Source: Felis catus
Taxonomy: Eukaryota
Direction of reading: 5' to 3'
DNA: 64,000 bases
NCBI RefSeq assembly: GCF_018350175.1
Contig: NC_058369.1
Coordinates: forward strand, 23,438,001 to 23,502,000
Position 1 is the first letter of the stretch. The number at the start of each line of letters is the position of its first letter. Under the pieces are notes generated by a model. That model was not told where the DNA came from, made no database searches, and worked only from the letters and a program-made list of their open reading frames with translations. The position numbers and the translations under genes were made by a program. Positions 63,101 to 64,000 of this stretch are shown piece after piece.

Positions 63101-64000
63101 GGGTGTGCTGGACCCTCAAACTATAGTCAAAACCAAGCTTGCCTGTTGACCTGGTATTGTCATCCTGATGATAAGCTCTTTCACCTTCAGTCCACGTGTC
63201 CCGAAAACAACCATATCTGGATCCCAAGTTCACATCCTTTTTCAGCTCCTGATAGTCTCTCACAAGTTGTTGGGGTATTTTGAAATTACTAGTTTAAATA
63301 TAGGGCTAGAAAGGTGATATGGGGTTTAACATAGGTATGCTTGATGTTCAAAGACTAATGGCACCCACAAATGTGCTGGAAATGACTAATATTCAACCAA
63401 CAATCTTTTACATTTTGATAAGCTGTTTGAAAAACTCTTCCAACAGCCATCATCTCATTTTCTCTGCTTAAATACTTAGAGAAGAGTCAATCTCACATTA
63501 TTATTCCCATTCGATAAATAAGGACTCTGAGGCTCAGTAGACTAAGTTCTGAGAATCATACCTTTAATTTGAAAGTCTATCTGTGCTTTATCAAGTTTCA
63601 AAATATTTCTGGCAGAATACTTTGCAAAGGCCCACAGTCAGAAAGAAGGTCAATCTGCTGAATCAATCTGTCCCCTGGCATTCTATCAACTGAAATTTTC
63701 AACACCAGATGAAAGGCGGGGGGCGGGGGCGCAAACTCTACCCAGGCAACGGTGACGGAGGGGTACAATTCCTCATGTGCCAGAACTCTGCCTCTCCGGG
63801 CACCAGGACCACCATTCAGTCGGCAGATCACCCAATACCCAACGGAGCGCCAACCGTGTTTTGATTTTAATGACTCCTAAGCTGAAGATGTCCTAGTTAA
63901 ACTGAGACTGGGCAACCACTTAGCAGTTGGTTAATACTTAGACTATTTAGTCATTCGAAACAATGCAATTAAGGATGAATCATGGCTCAGTAACCTAAAC

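Overview
Mammalian genomic DNA, almost certainly a felid: it carries about 19 carnivore tRNA-derived Can-SINE (SINEC) copies, several of the cat SINEC_Fc type, plus L1, L2, MIR, MaLR LTR and MER DNA-transposon relics. I find no intact protein-coding gene. The main signal is on the minus strand from about 35,370 down to about 4,580: roughly 20 decayed exon-like blocks, many with GT/AG boundaries, full of stops and frameshifts. Their translations follow the GREB1/GREB1L protein motif by motif from N- to C-terminus, for example MG...RPEEKL, ICWLG, QLLL, VRAR, PC...LFSG, LQLL, PDYQ|AFLF, ILNV..QSV...DV..LRL and VFLGMAL*TCE. Similarity is far too low for GREB1 or GREB1L themselves. I infer an intron-containing unitary pseudogene of a third, deeply diverged GREB1-family gene (TAGT-type glycosyltransferase family), with an extra central segment and one exon split by an L1 insertion. 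All GREB1 comparisons are by eye against remembered sequence and need tblastn/HMM confirmation. The region 36-64 kb looks intergenic or regulatory.
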